From Alphaproteobacteria bacterium (GTDB lineage Bacteria > Pseudomonadota > Alphaproteobacteria > Micavibrionales > UBA2020): a DNA stretch of 64,000 bases. Of this stretch, positions 8,015 to 17,770 are shown one piece after another (positions within the stretch are counted from its first letter, which is position 1; each line of letters begins with the position of its first letter). Both the position numbers and the translations under genes were made by a program. The notes under the pieces are model-generated. The model saw only the letters and a list, made by a program, of their open reading frames with translations. It made no database searches and was not told the origin of the DNA. Where the stretch lies: assembly GCA_965279315.1 (NCBI GenBank), contig OZ257145.1:1485536-1549535 (forward strand), read 5' to 3'.

Positions 8015-8527
8015 ATGTTAAAACTGACACTGTCGGCAACCGCCGATGATGCCGGCAATATCGGTGCGTCCCGCGTGGTCGAGGCCGATGCCAGCGCCTA
8101 TGGCAACGAGCTGGCCGCGCTGCAGGCGGCGTCAAGGCTGATGGACAAGCAGGGCCTGGATGACTTGCGCGTCACCTATGGCAACGGCGTGGTCAATCTG
8201 TTCAAGGGCGATGACCTGGCGGAAAAGGCGGACGAGCTGTTTGACCGCGCGAGCGCCTTCAGCCTGCGCCAGCTGCCGAGCCTCACCGTGCCCGAACTTG
8301 CGTTCGGCGAACCCGACCGCGCGCGGAACATTCAGGAAGCGGCGCACAGCGCGCTGCGCATCGCACAGAAATTCAACCGCAAGGTTTCCTTCCAGTTCAA
8401 CAGCATCGCCGTTGCGGGCGTGGAGCCGAAAGCCGAAATCACGAAAAAAGATATCGAGGCGGTCGTGGATACCTACAGCAAAGCCTCCAAGGCCTTTTAC
8501 GCAGGACGCGGCGGCTTCAAGGCCTGA
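8015..8527 (+). CDS. Hypothetical protein (170 aa)
   Basis: Starts 11 nt after the previous stop, so probably co-transcribed. Soluble-looking sequence, no family recognised. Its 3' end overlaps the convergent DUF808 paralogue 4 by 31 nt. Confidence 0.5.
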   Translation: MLKLTLSATADDAGNIGASRVVEADASAYGNELAALQAASRLMDKQGLDDLRVTYGNGVVNLFKGDDLAEKADELFDRASAFSLRQLPSLTVPELAFGEPDRARNIQEAAHSALRIAQKFNRKVSFQFNSIAVAGVEPKAEITKKDIEAVVDTYSKASKAFYAGRGGFKA

Positions 8528-9615
8528 ACCGGCGTTGGCGCGGCGGATGCCTGCGGCGCGTTGAGTGCCGCCGCCGCATCGTTCAGCGCGGCTTTCACAT
8601 CGGGCATGGCTTTGAGGGGCATGGCTTTGAAACCGTCATTGGCGGGCACTAGCACGGGCACAGGGCGCAAGGTTGCAATCGCGGCACCCTTCTTCCCCGG
8701 CTTCACTTTACCGGCAGCTTTCTTCACAAACGCCACAGCCGCACGCAGGTAAGGCTTCACGGCCTTGCCAATCGGCTGGGCCGCCACGCCCGCGATCAGC
8801 CCGACGCCGGCATTCAACGCCAGCGATGCCGCGCCCTGCACGAGCGCGTTTGACGACAGGTAGCCAAGCGCCGTTGCGGCAACATGGTCCGCCCCCGGGA
8901 TGCCATGCACCAGCATCGTGCCGCCGACCACGAACATGGCGGCAGAACCCAGCACGCCGATGGCCTTGATCAGCTTCGGCGCGATGCGCACCAGCCCTTC
9001 ACCCGTCTTGCGCATGGCCCTTGAAAAAACGCTGTCGCCCTTTTTCGCGGCCAGTAGGTCGCCCGCGTCATCAATCTTGATGACGGCCGCCACCGTCGCA
9101 TAAACGCCCACCGTCATGGCAAGCGCGGTCGCCGCCAGCGTGCCGAGCTGGATCAGGAAGGGCGCGCCCGCGACCGTCAACAATGAGACCGTTGTGATTT
9201 CGGCAGAGAGCAGCAGGTCGGTGCGGATGGCATGCTTGATATGCTGCTTTTCCCATCCCGCATGGTCTTGCGCATGGGCTTCGTTGGCATTGGGTTTCGG
9301 CGCCTTCATCTTGCGGTGGACGATTTTTTCCATCGCGTCATAGCAGAGCAGCGCGCCGCCCGCCGCGAGCATAGGGACAATCAGTCCCGGCATGGTGAAG
9401 GTGAGGCCGAGCGCGGTTGGGATCAGGATCGCCTTGTTCTTCAACGCGCCCTTGAACACCTGCCAGACCATCGGCAGCTTGCGGTGGCTCTGCCCGCCGA
9501 TCAGCAGGTTGCAGGCAATCGCGGTGTCGTCGCCGACCACGCCGAGCGTCTGCACCGCCGCGCGTTGCGACAATGCGGCGACTTCCCCCAGCTGTGCGGC
9601 GAAAGTGGCCGACAT
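8497..9615 (-). CDS. DUF808 (YedI-like) membrane protein, paralogue 4
   Basis: 372 aa from MSATFAAQLGEVAALSQRAAVQTLGVVGDDTAIACN..KGALKNKAILIPT..GGALLCYDAMEK..DLLLSAEI..KIDDAG..GSAAMFVVGGTMLVHGIP. Confidence 0.8.
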   Translation of the reverse strand: MSATFAAQLGEVAALSQRAAVQTLGVVGDDTAIACNLLIGGQSHRKLPMVWQVFKGALKNKAILIPTALGLTFTMPGLIVPMLAAGGALLCYDAMEKIVHRKMKAPKPNANEAHAQDHAGWEKQHIKHAIRTDLLLSAEITTVSLLTVAGAPFLIQLGTLAATALAMTVGVYATVAAVIKIDDAGDLLAAKKGDSVFSRAMRKTGEGLVRIAPKLIKAIGVLGSAAMFVVGGTMLVHGIPGADHVAATALGYLSSNALVQGAASLALNAGVGLIAGVAAQPIGKAVKPYLRAAVAFVKKAAGKVKPGKKGAAIATLRPVPVLVPANDGFKAMPLKAMPDVKAALNDAAAALNAPQASAAPTPVQALKPPRPA

Positions 9616-9697
9616 ACGCGATGAGCTTTCTGTTGTTGAACGACAGAAAAGATACCCGATGGGGTACAATAATGGAAGTATTATGTAACTTGTTGAT

Positions 9698-10744
9698 TTA
9701 GAAGCGATAACCCAAGGTCACAGTGCCGAAAATTGACGGGTCGTCCTGCTTGTCGAATTCCTTCGTCCGGTACATCAGTGCATAGCTCAAACGTGTATGC
9801 CCGTAGGTAAACGCGATGCCCGCGCTGGCATCGCCGACGAAGAGTTTTTTATCGACGCTGTAGCTGTCGGCAAAGGTATTGCCGTCGAGGAAGATGTTAC
9901 GGGCGACGGCGCGGCCTTCGATGCCGCCGAACAGGTGCCAGCTGAACTGGCCGTCATCGACGATAAACGCGCCGGTGCCGGGCATGGCGGGGCGCACACG
10001 CGCCGGATCATCCTGAAACCGCCCCGAAGACGGGCTGAGGCGAAGCGACAGGCCTGCATTCGTATAAGTATAGATGTTGCCGAGCGTCACGCCGAAATGC
10101 GGCTCGACCCCTGCCGATAGCCCCAGCGGGCCTTCAAACCCGAAACGCTCCGGCCAGCGGCGCTGCCAGCTGAGCATCAAACCCGGCTCGTTCGACAATT
10201 GGTTGTCCCAACCGCGCGGGGTGGGGCTGTCGGATATATGTTCGTGCACGAAACTCTGCACCTGACGGCCCAGCGCTGCGGGACCGACGACGCCAACTGT
10301 CGCCTCCACCTCGTCGATATGGTTGTCGGTCACGCTGACCAGACCGGCGGAGGTGTAGAGGAACGCGGCCCAAGGCCTGTCATTCGGGTCCTGGGTGACG
10401 CGCGTGATGTCTTTGGGCGTATAAAGGTTATGACCGAGCGAATAGTAGATGCTGGTCGTCGGGTTGATCGAGAAAGTGGGGATCAGCCGGTCGATCACGT
10501 CGAAAATCTGCGGCGGGCGCTTGCCAAGGTCGAAATAGCTGATGCGCGCGCCATTCGTATAATTCTGGTCGGTGCCGCCGCCATACAGGTCGTTTTCGGA
10601 ATTGAGCGTAATGAATTTGCGGTCTTTCACATCGACTAGCCGCTGGGCGATCTGCTGCTGTAACGTTTCCTTCTCCTCCTCCGCGCGGGCGGGGGAGGCG
10701 AGCAGCAATGCGGCGAACAGGAATGTATAGATGACCGGTCTCAT
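9698..10744 (-). CDS. Outer-membrane lipid A deacylase LpxR-family (DUF2219-like) protein
   Basis: 348 aa from MRPVIYTFLFAALLLASPARA (signal peptide). SENDLYGGGTDQNYTNGARISY motif, alternating beta-strand-like C-terminus ending in F. Family is recalled, not searched. Confidence 0.6.
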   Translation of the reverse strand: MRPVIYTFLFAALLLASPARAEEEKETLQQQIAQRLVDVKDRKFITLNSENDLYGGGTDQNYTNGARISYFDLGKRPPQIFDVIDRLIPTFSINPTTSIYYSLGHNLYTPKDITRVTQDPNDRPWAAFLYTSAGLVSVTDNHIDEVEATVGVVGPAALGRQVQSFVHEHISDSPTPRGWDNQLSNEPGLMLSWQRRWPERFGFEGPLGLSAGVEPHFGVTLGNIYTYTNAGLSLRLSPSSGRFQDDPARVRPAMPGTGAFIVDDGQFSWHLFGGIEGRAVARNIFLDGNTFADSYSVDKKLFVGDASAGIAFTYGHTRLSYALMYRTKEFDKQDDPSIFGTVTLGYRF

Positions 10745-10809
10745 AACGCATCCTAACATGCGGGCGGGCTTTGGGTTCAACCGGTTCCCAAGAATTCGGG
10801 CAGTGATGC

Positions 10810-10846
10810 AAAAAAACAAGCCGCCCGGGTAAGGGGCGGCTTGTTT
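10810..10846 (-). terminator. Rho-independent terminator after gcvP
   Basis: AAACAAGCCGCCC / GGGCGGCTTGTTT stem, followed on the minus strand by T7, 17 nt after the gcvP stop. Confidence 0.65.
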
Positions 10847-10862
10847 CCGGATAATCAGTCGC

Positions 10863-13745
10863 TTATGCCGCCTCGGAATATGCCTCGATAGGCGGGCAGG
10901 CGCAGACAAGGTTGCGGTCGCCTGCCGCATGGTCGATGCGGTTGACGGGCGGCCAGTATTTATCACCGATCAGGTGCGCCGCCGGGAATGCGCCGTCGTG
11001 GCGGGAATAGGGGCGTTCCCACTTGTCGGCGGTCAGGTCACCCAGCGTATGCGGGGCGAGCTGCAGGGGGTTGTTGCCCTGCGGCCATATGCCTTTTTCG
11101 ACTTTCTCGATTTCCATGCGGATGACGGTCAGTGCCTCGATGAAGCGGTCCAGCTCCGCCTTGCTCTCGGATTCCGTCGGCTCGATCATCAGCGTGCCGG
11201 GGACGGGGAAAGACATGGTGGGCGCGTGGAAGCCGAAATCCATCAGGCGTTTGGCGATATCGTCGACGCTGATATTCGCGGAGGTTTTCAGCGGGCGCGT
11301 GTCGAGAATGCATTCATGCGCCACATAGCCGTTCTTGCCCTTGTAGAGCGTGACGTAATGCTTTTCCAGTTTCTTGGCGATGTAGTTGGCGTTCAGGATC
11401 GCCACCTGCGTTGCGCGCTTCAGCCCTTCCGTGCCCATCAGCGTGATATAAACCCACGAAATCGGCAGGATCGATGCCGAACCGTAGGGCGCAGCGGATA
11501 CAGGGCCAATCGCGTCTTCGCCGCCCACGCCGCCGACCAGCGGATGGCCGGGAAGGAAGGGAGCAAGGTGTTCGCCAACGCCGATCGGGCCCATGCCGGG
11601 ACCGCCGCCGCCATGCGGAATGCAGAAGGTCTTGTGCAGGTTCATGTGCATGACGTCCGCGCCGAACTTGCCGGGGCAGGCGAGGCCGACCAGCGCGTTG
11701 AAATTCGCGCCGTCCATGTAGACCTGTCCGCCGTTGTCGTGGATGATCTTGCAGATTTCGCGGATCTCTTCCTCGAACACGCCATGCGTCGATGGATAGG
11801 TCACCATCAGCGCGGCAAGCTTGTCCTTGTGCTGCTCCGCTTTCGCGCGCAGGTCGGTCAAATCGACGTTGCCATTTTCGTCGCAGGCGGTGATGACGAC
11901 CTCCATACCCGCCATCACGGCAGTTGCGGGGTTGGTGCCATGCGCGGAAGACGGGATCAGGCAGATATTGCGGTGCGACTGGCCTTTCGATTCATGATAG
12001 GCGCGGATGACCAGCAGGCCGGAATATTCGCCTTGGCTACCCGCGTTCGGCTGCAGCGTCACGGCGGCAAAGCCGGTCAGCGTGCAAAGCTTCGCTTCCA
12101 GATCTTTCAGCATCAGTTTGTAACCCTGCGCCTGATCGAGCGGCGCGAAGGGATGCATGTTGCCGAATTCGGGCCAGGTGACGGGGATCATTTCGGCCGT
12201 CGCGTTCAGCTTCATCGTGCAGGACCCGAGCGGGATCATGGAACGGTTGAGCGCGATGTCTTTCTGTTCCAGATGGCGGAGGTAGCGCAGCATTTCGGTT
12301 TCGGAACGGTATTGGTGGAAGGTCGGGTGCTGCAGGTATTCAGATGTGCGTTTCAGCGATTGCGGAATGGCATCCTGCACGCCCGCATCCAGTGCCTCGA
12401 CCGAAAAACCAAGCGCGCCCTTGCCGGAGAATACCTGCCACAGGCGGAAGACCTCATCGCGGGTGGAGCGTTCATCCAGCGACACGCCGATGCGCCCGTC
12501 GCCGAAATCGCGCAGGTTGATTTCCTTTGCCGCCGCGCGGTTCAGGATATCCTGCGCATGGCTGCCGGTATCGACCGTCACGGTGTCAAAGAAGCTGGCA
12601 TTGGTGGAGCTGAAACCAAGCTTGCGCAACCCTTCCGCGAAAATCGCGGCAAGGCGGTGCGTGCGGGTCGCAATCGTTTTCAGGCCTTCGGGGCCGTGAT
12701 ACACGGCATAGAAGGCCGCGATGTTCGCCAGCAGCACCTGCGCCGTGCAGATGTTCGACGTCGCCTTTTCGCGGCGGATATGCTGTTCGCGCGTTTGCAG
12801 GGCCAGCCGATAGGCTGCTTTCCCCTTTGAATCGACCGACACGCCGACGATGCGGCCGGGGATGGAACGTTTATAGGCATCCTGCGCGGCAAAGAATGCG
12901 GCATGGGGGCCGCCGTAACCCAGCGGCACGCCGAAGCGCTGCGCCGATCCGAACACGATATCCGCGCCCCATTCGCCGGGCGGTTTCAGCAGCGTCAACG
13001 CCAGCAGGTCGGTCGCAACGGCAACCGCGATATTTTTTGATTTCGCCTTCGCCGCAAGATCGCCGTAATCAACGACCGCGCCCGATGTGCCGGGATATTG
13101 CAGCAGGATGGCGAAACCGTCTTTTTCAATCAGGTCGCCGGCCTTGCCCACGACAACTTCGATGCCCAGCGGTTTCGCGCGCGTTTCCACAACCGCAATC
13201 GTTTGCGGGTGGCAGTCATCGGCGACAAGGAACACGTTGCTGGTGGACGAACCAACACGTTTCGCAAGCGTCATGGCTTCGGCGGCGGAGGTTGCTTCAT
13301 CCAGCATCGATGCGTTGGCGAGCGGCATGCCCGTCAAATCCATCGTGACCTGCTGGAAATTGATCATCGCTTCCAGCCGGCCTTGGCTGATTTCGGGCTG
13401 GTAAGGCGTATAGGCGGTGTACCAGCCGGGGTTTTGCAGCACGTTGCGCAAAATCACGTTCGGCGTGATGGTGTCGTAATAGCCCGCGCCGATCAGGGAG
13501 CGGTAGACCTTGTTCTGCTTCGCCATGCTTTCCAAAAGCGCCAGCGCATCGTGTTCCGTCATCGGCTCGCCGGTGGCGGGCGCCGATTTTTCGCGGATGG
13601 ATGCGGGCACGGCCTTGTTCGTCAGGTCGTCGAGGCTCGTCGCGCCGACGGTGCGCAGCATCGCGGCGATATCGGATTCAGAAGGCCCGATATGGCGGCG
13701 GATGAAATCGGTGCGTTGTTCAAGGTCCTGTATCGTCTGCGGCAT
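10863..13745 (-). CDS. gcvP: Glycine dehydrogenase (decarboxylating), single-chain P protein
   Basis: 960 aa, full-length GcvP-like sequence (FIRRHIGPS.., [11 protein letters not shown].., [19 protein letters not shown]-Lys region). ATG 13745 is chosen because ATG 13772 would overlap gcvH by 23 nt. Confidence 0.95.
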   Translation of the reverse strand: MPQTIQDLEQRTDFIRRHIGPSESDIAAMLRTVGATSLDDLTNKAVPASIREKSAPATGEPMTEHDALALLESMAKQNKVYRSLIGAGYYDTITPNVILRNVLQNPGWYTAYTPYQPEISQGRLEAMINFQQVTMDLTGMPLANASMLDEATSAAEAMTLAKRVGSSTSNVFLVADDCHPQTIAVVETRAKPLGIEVVVGKAGDLIEKDGFAILLQYPGTSGAVVDYGDLAAKAKSKNIAVAVATDLLALTLLKPPGEWGADIVFGSAQRFGVPLGYGGPHAAFFAAQDAYKRSIPGRIVGVSVDSKGKAAYRLALQTREQHIRREKATSNICTAQVLLANIAAFYAVYHGPEGLKTIATRTHRLAAIFAEGLRKLGFSSTNASFFDTVTVDTGSHAQDILNRAAAKEINLRDFGDGRIGVSLDERSTRDEVFRLWQVFSGKGALGFSVEALDAGVQDAIPQSLKRTSEYLQHPTFHQYRSETEMLRYLRHLEQKDIALNRSMIPLGSCTMKLNATAEMIPVTWPEFGNMHPFAPLDQAQGYKLMLKDLEAKLCTLTGFAAVTLQPNAGSQGEYSGLLVIRAYHESKGQSHRNICLIPSSAHGTNPATAVMAGMEVVITACDENGNVDLTDLRAKAEQHKDKLAALMVTYPSTHGVFEEEIREICKIIHDNGGQVYMDGANFNALVGLACPGKFGADVMHMNLHKTFCIPHGGGGPGMGPIGVGEHLAPFLPGHPLVGGVGGEDAIGPVSAAPYGSASILPISWVYITLMGTEGLKRATQVAILNANYIAKKLEKHYVTLYKGKNGYVAHECILDTRPLKTSANISVDDIAKRLMDFGFHAPTMSFPVPGTLMIEPTESESKAELDRFIEALTVIRMEIEKVEKGIWPQGNNPLQLAPHTLGDLTADKWERPYSRHDGAFPAAHLIGDKYWPPVNRIDHAAGDRNLVCACPPIEAYSEAA

Positions 13746-13749
13746 GCGC

Positions 13750-14124
13750 TTAAAGTCCTTTAATGTAGTCATTATACGCGGCTTCGTCTTTCAGGCCGGC
13801 GAGGTCGTTTTCGTTGGCGATCTTCACCTTGAAGAACCATGCCTTGCCCAGCGGGTCCGTGTTGACCAGCGCAGGGTCGCCCGAGAGCGCGGCGTTGGTT
13901 TCAACGACTTCGCCCGAAACGGGGGAATACAGTTCCGACGCCGATTTCACGGATTCAACCACGCCCGCCTGACCGCCCTTGGTCAGCGTCGCGCCGATTT
14001 TCGGCAGTTCGACATAGACGACATCGCCCAGCGCCTTTTGCGCGAAATCGGTGACGCCGACGGTGCCGACGCCGTTTTCGATGCGGATATATTCATGGTC
14101 TTCGCTGAACAGGATCTTGGTCAT
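13750..14124 (-). CDS. gcvH: Glycine cleavage system H protein
   Basis: 124 aa; lipoyl-lysine context [20 protein letters not shown]. Confidence 0.95.
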   Translation of the reverse strand: MTKILFSEDHEYIRIENGVGTVGVTDFAQKALGDVVYVELPKIGATLTKGGQAGVVESVKSASELYSPVSGEVVETNAALSGDPALVNTDPLGKAWFFKVKIANENDLAGLKDEAAYNDYIKGL

Positions 14125-14135
14125 TTTTATTCCCC

Positions 14136-15266
14136 TTAGTCTTTTTTGTAATTGTTTTTGACGAATGGCAGCGCCACGATTTCACAAGGGCGCGCCACGC
14201 CGCGCAGCATGGCATTCAGTTTCGTGCCGGTTTTCGCGACATCCGAATTGACGTATCCCATCGCGACAGGGCCGTCGACCGTGGGGCCGAAGCCGCCCGA
14301 CGTGATGACGCCGACTTTTTTGTCGCCGATGAACAGTTCGGTTTTCTCGCGGATCGGCGCGCGGCCCTCCGGCTTGATGCCGACGCGCAGGATAAAGGTG
14401 CTGCCGTCCAGCTGTTTCTTGATCTTGTCGTATCCCGGGAAACCGCCCTGTTCTCGGCGGCGTTTCGGGATCACCCATTTCAGGTTGGCGTCGATGGGCG
14501 TCGAATGGTCGTCGATGTCGTGGCCATACAGGCACAGCCCCGCTTCGAGGCGCAGGCTGTCGCGCGCGCCGAGGCCGATCAGCTTCACTTCCGGTTCCTG
14601 CAGCAATTCATTCGTGAATTCCACGGCAAACGCGTTCGGCACCGAAATTTCAAACCCGTCTTCGCCGGTATAGCCGGAGCGCGACAGGAAAATTTCGTGG
14701 CCTTTGTATTGTGTCTTCACGGATTCCATAAATTTCATCCCCAGCACATCGGGGAAGAAGATCGACGCCACCTGTTCCGCCTTCGGCCCCTGCAACGCCA
14801 GCAGCGCGCGGTCGCCGAGATATTGCAGTTTGGTGCGGTTGCCGATTTTTTCCTGGATAAACGCGAAATCCTTTTCCTTGCAGGCGGCGTTCACCACCAC
14901 CAGCAGCGTGCGCGCATCCCAGCGGGTCACCATCAGGTCGTCGATAATACCGCCGTCGTCGTTCAGCAGGACGGTGTAGCGCATCTTGCCGGGTTCAAGG
15001 CCGGTGATGTCACCGGGTACGATCGTTTCAAGCGCGATCGCGGGGTCGGCATCGTTGCCCGTCAAAATCGCCTGGCCCATATGGGAGACGTCGAACAGGC
15101 CGGCTTCGGTGCGGGTATGCACATGTTCTTTGAGCACGCCCATGCCGTCATACTGGACGGGCATGTCATAACCCGCGAAGGGCACCATTTTTCCGCCCAT
15201 GGATGTATGGACTTCCCAGAGCGCGGTTTTCAGAAGGGGGGCGTCGTTTTTTTGAGCGGCTTCCAA
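14136..15266 (-). CDS. gcvT: Aminomethyltransferase (glycine cleavage T protein)
   Basis: 376 aa, GcvT-like throughout (FAGYDMPVQY, DVSHMGQ, SRSGYTGEDGFEIS). TTG start with AAGGAA 7 nt upstream. Confidence 0.95.
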   Translation of the reverse strand: MEAAQKNDAPLLKTALWEVHTSMGGKMVPFAGYDMPVQYDGMGVLKEHVHTRTEAGLFDVSHMGQAILTGNDADPAIALETIVPGDITGLEPGKMRYTVLLNDDGGIIDDLMVTRWDARTLLVVVNAACKEKDFAFIQEKIGNRTKLQYLGDRALLALQGPKAEQVASIFFPDVLGMKFMESVKTQYKGHEIFLSRSGYTGEDGFEISVPNAFAVEFTNELLQEPEVKLIGLGARDSLRLEAGLCLYGHDIDDHSTPIDANLKWVIPKRRREQGGFPGYDKIKKQLDGSTFILRVGIKPEGRAPIREKTELFIGDKKVGVITSGGFGPTVDGPVAMGYVNSDVAKTGTKLNAMLRGVARPCEIVALPFVKNNYKKD

Positions 15267-15299
15267 GGCAAATTCCTTTACATAGTCGGTCGGAGTTTG

Positions 15300-15475
15300 C
15301 CCCGCTCTGTCTTCTTTGCCTTAGAGATTCCGCATCGTTTACAGATGCTTGCTCCTTTGGCGCGGCTGAGCCGCTTTCCAGATTGCGAAGTCGCCGCGCG
15401 GTCCTTTTGCCTGAGAGTTTTCCGGGGTGATTGCTCCTTCGGCGCCGGTCTTTCAACCGGTCTCTCCCGCGTGGC
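15300..15475 (-). promoter_or_regulatory. Tandem glycine riboswitch (two aptamers) in the gcvT leader
   Basis: Minus-strand read: GGGAGAGACC..GGCGCCGAAGGAGCAA..CTCTCAGGCAAAAGGAC, then TCTGGAAAGCGG..CCGCGCCAAAGGAGCAA..CTCTAAGGCAAAGAAGAC. This matches the conserved cores of both glycine aptamers. Confidence 0.85.
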
Positions 15476-15552
15476 GGTCGCTTTGTTCGATTGACACTAA
15501 TGTCTCTTGCCCTAAAGTCAACTAAAGGAACGAAGAGGGTAGATAAAACGAC

Positions 15553-16650
15553 ATGGCCACGAATTCGCAACGCGCGCCGACACCGGTGCTGGTTTCAAGC
15601 TATGCGCTTGGTTTCATTGTTTTTTGCCTGATCGTTTATATCCTCAGCGTGGCCGCCACCATCCTGATCCCTTTCGTGATCGCGGTTTTCGTCTGGTACC
15701 TTATTAATGCGATGGCGCGGGGGCTCGGCCGCGTGAAACTGGGCGATACCTACCTGCCCCGATTCTTGTGCTTCCTGTTCGCGATGATGCTGCTCGTCGG
15801 CGGATTGTGGTTTGTCTACAAGCTGATTTCGGTGAACGCGGTGGAGGTCTTGCGCGCCGCGCCGATCTACCAGAAAAAACTGATGGCCTTCCTGCCGCGC
15901 ATCCTGTCCGGCCTGCCGCCGGAATATCAGGTGAGCCCCTCCGACCTCGGCACTTACCTTGATGTGGGCGGTTTCATCAAGACGATGGTGACGGCCTTCA
16001 CCGGCATCGCCGGCAAGGCGCTGGTGGTGCTGTTCTATACGGGCTTCCTGCTGTACGAACAGCAATTCTTCGGCCGCAAGATACAGGAAATGCTGCGCGA
16101 AAAAGCGGCGGAGGCCCGCATCCACAAAACCATCAAGACGATCGAAGACAAGATCCAGCGTTACATCTGGGTGAAGACTTTCGTCAGCGCGATGGCCGGC
16201 ATTTCCACCTGGCTGATCCTGATGACGTTCAAGATCAGCTTCGCCGAATTCTGGGGCGTGATCGCGTTTGTCCTGCACTTCATCCCCTATGCGGGCGCGA
16301 TTGCCGCCGTGGTGCTGCCATCCGTGGCCGCGCTGGTGCAGCTGGGCGATATGGGCGACACGACGCAGCTGGCATCCCTGATGCTCTGCCTGTCCGCCAT
16401 CCAGGTGTTCTGCACCAGTTTCCTCGACCCCCGCCTGATGGGGGACAGCCTGAACCTGTCGCCGATCGTCATCATTTCCGCGATTGCCGCCTGGGGCGTG
16501 CTGTGGGGCGTGCCGGGCATGTTCCTGGCCGTGCCGATCCTGGCCGCCGCCGTCATCATCATGTCGCAATTCGCCAACACCAAATCGATTGCGATTTTGA
16601 TGTCGAAAACCGGCGATATCGAAAGCCATGTGTCGGGTAAAGACGCATGA
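15553..16650 (+). CDS. AI-2E family (PerM/UPF0118) transporter, copy 1
   Basis: 365 aa, ~8 TM. Characteristic FIPYAGA...LMGDSLNLSPIVIISAIAAWGVLWGVPGMFLAVPI. Confidence 0.85.
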   Translation: MATNSQRAPTPVLVSSYALGFIVFCLIVYILSVAATILIPFVIAVFVWYLINAMARGLGRVKLGDTYLPRFLCFLFAMMLLVGGLWFVYKLISVNAVEVLRAAPIYQKKLMAFLPRILSGLPPEYQVSPSDLGTYLDVGGFIKTMVTAFTGIAGKALVVLFYTGFLLYEQQFFGRKIQEMLREKAAEARIHKTIKTIEDKIQRYIWVKTFVSAMAGISTWLILMTFKISFAEFWGVIAFVLHFIPYAGAIAAVVLPSVAALVQLGDMGDTTQLASLMLCLSAIQVFCTSFLDPRLMGDSLNLSPIVIISAIAAWGVLWGVPGMFLAVPILAAAVIIMSQFANTKSIAILMSKTGDIESHVSGKDA

Positions 16651-17759
16651 CAGTCAAACCCGTCCCCGCGCCGGTCAGCAAGACGCACAGCCTTGCGCTG
16701 GGCTTTATCGCGGCATGCCTGTTCATTTATATATGCCGCATTGGCGCAACCGTCATCATGCCGCTCGTGATTTCGCTGTTCATCTGGTACCTGATCAACG
16801 CGATTGCCCGCTTCCTTGGCCTCATGTCGACCAAATCCGGCTACAAACTGCCGCGCCTGTGGCGGTTCGTGTTCGCGCACATGATTATCCTGCTGGTCGG
16901 CTTTTTGCTGTCCAAGATGGTGAGCGCGAACATCGACGACGTGTTGCGCGAAGCGCCGAAATACGGCGAGAGTTTCGACCGCATCCTGGCGCAGGTCGCC
17001 GGCATCCTGAAACTCGACCATACGCCGACGCTGCACGAGGCGTTCAAGGAAATCTTCGGCAATTACATCGACCTCAGCCAGTTCATCACTGTCTTCGCAG
17101 GCATGCTGACCGGCATCGCGGGCAAGACGATCATCATCCTGTTCTATGTCGGCTTCATGCTGTACGAACAGCGCTGGTTCAACCGCAAGATGAAACTGAT
17201 GATGCCCGACAAGGAGCGCGAGGCGCATGTGCGCCACGTGCTGAAAGTGATCGACACCAAAATCCAGAAATACATCGGCGTGAAGGCCTTCGTGTCGCTG
17301 CTCGATTCCTTCCTGACGTTCCTGATCCTCACCTATTTCAAGGTCGATTTCGCGGGATTCTGGGGCGTGATGGCGTTCTTCCTGCACTTCATCCCCTATG
17401 CGGGGTCGTTCGTGGCGGTCACCACGCCCTGCCTGATCGCGATGATCCAGCATGGCGACCTGACGACGGTTGCGATGCTGGCGGCGACGCTGCTGACCAG
17501 CCACGCCTTCCTCGGCCATATCCTTGACCCGTATTTGATGGGCAATAACCTGAACCTGTCGCCCATCTTCATCATCTCCAACCTGGCCATGTGGGGGATG
17601 CTGTGGGGCGTGCCGGGCATGTTCCTGGCCATCCCCATCCTCGCGATCACCACGATTGCCCTGTCGCAGTTCGAGGCGACACGGCCGGTGGCGGTCCTGT
17701 TCTCAAAGACAGGGCTGGATATGCATCCGAAGCGGAGACGGACGAAGCCGGAAGTTTAA
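16647..17759 (+). CDS. AI-2E family (PerM/UPF0118) transporter, copy 2
   Basis: 370 aa, overlaps copy 1 by ATGA. Same motifs (FIPYAGS...LMGNNLNLSPIFIISNLAMWGMLWGVPGMFLAIPI). Confidence 0.85.
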   Translation: MTVKPVPAPVSKTHSLALGFIAACLFIYICRIGATVIMPLVISLFIWYLINAIARFLGLMSTKSGYKLPRLWRFVFAHMIILLVGFLLSKMVSANIDDVLREAPKYGESFDRILAQVAGILKLDHTPTLHEAFKEIFGNYIDLSQFITVFAGMLTGIAGKTIIILFYVGFMLYEQRWFNRKMKLMMPDKEREAHVRHVLKVIDTKIQKYIGVKAFVSLLDSFLTFLILTYFKVDFAGFWGVMAFFLHFIPYAGSFVAVTTPCLIAMIQHGDLTTVAMLAATLLTSHAFLGHILDPYLMGNNLNLSPIFIISNLAMWGMLWGVPGMFLAIPILAITTIALSQFEATRPVAVLFSKTGLDMHPKRRRTKPEV

Positions 17760-17770
17760 AGGGCGGTGGT

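Noticed and set aside
15491-15518. TTGACA-16 nt-TAAAGT promoter-like sequence upstream of the first AI-2E gene.
   Set aside because: It is plausible, but the -10 is weak and the region also has to hold the divergent gcv promoter. I did not feel it was supportable as a feature without TSS data.
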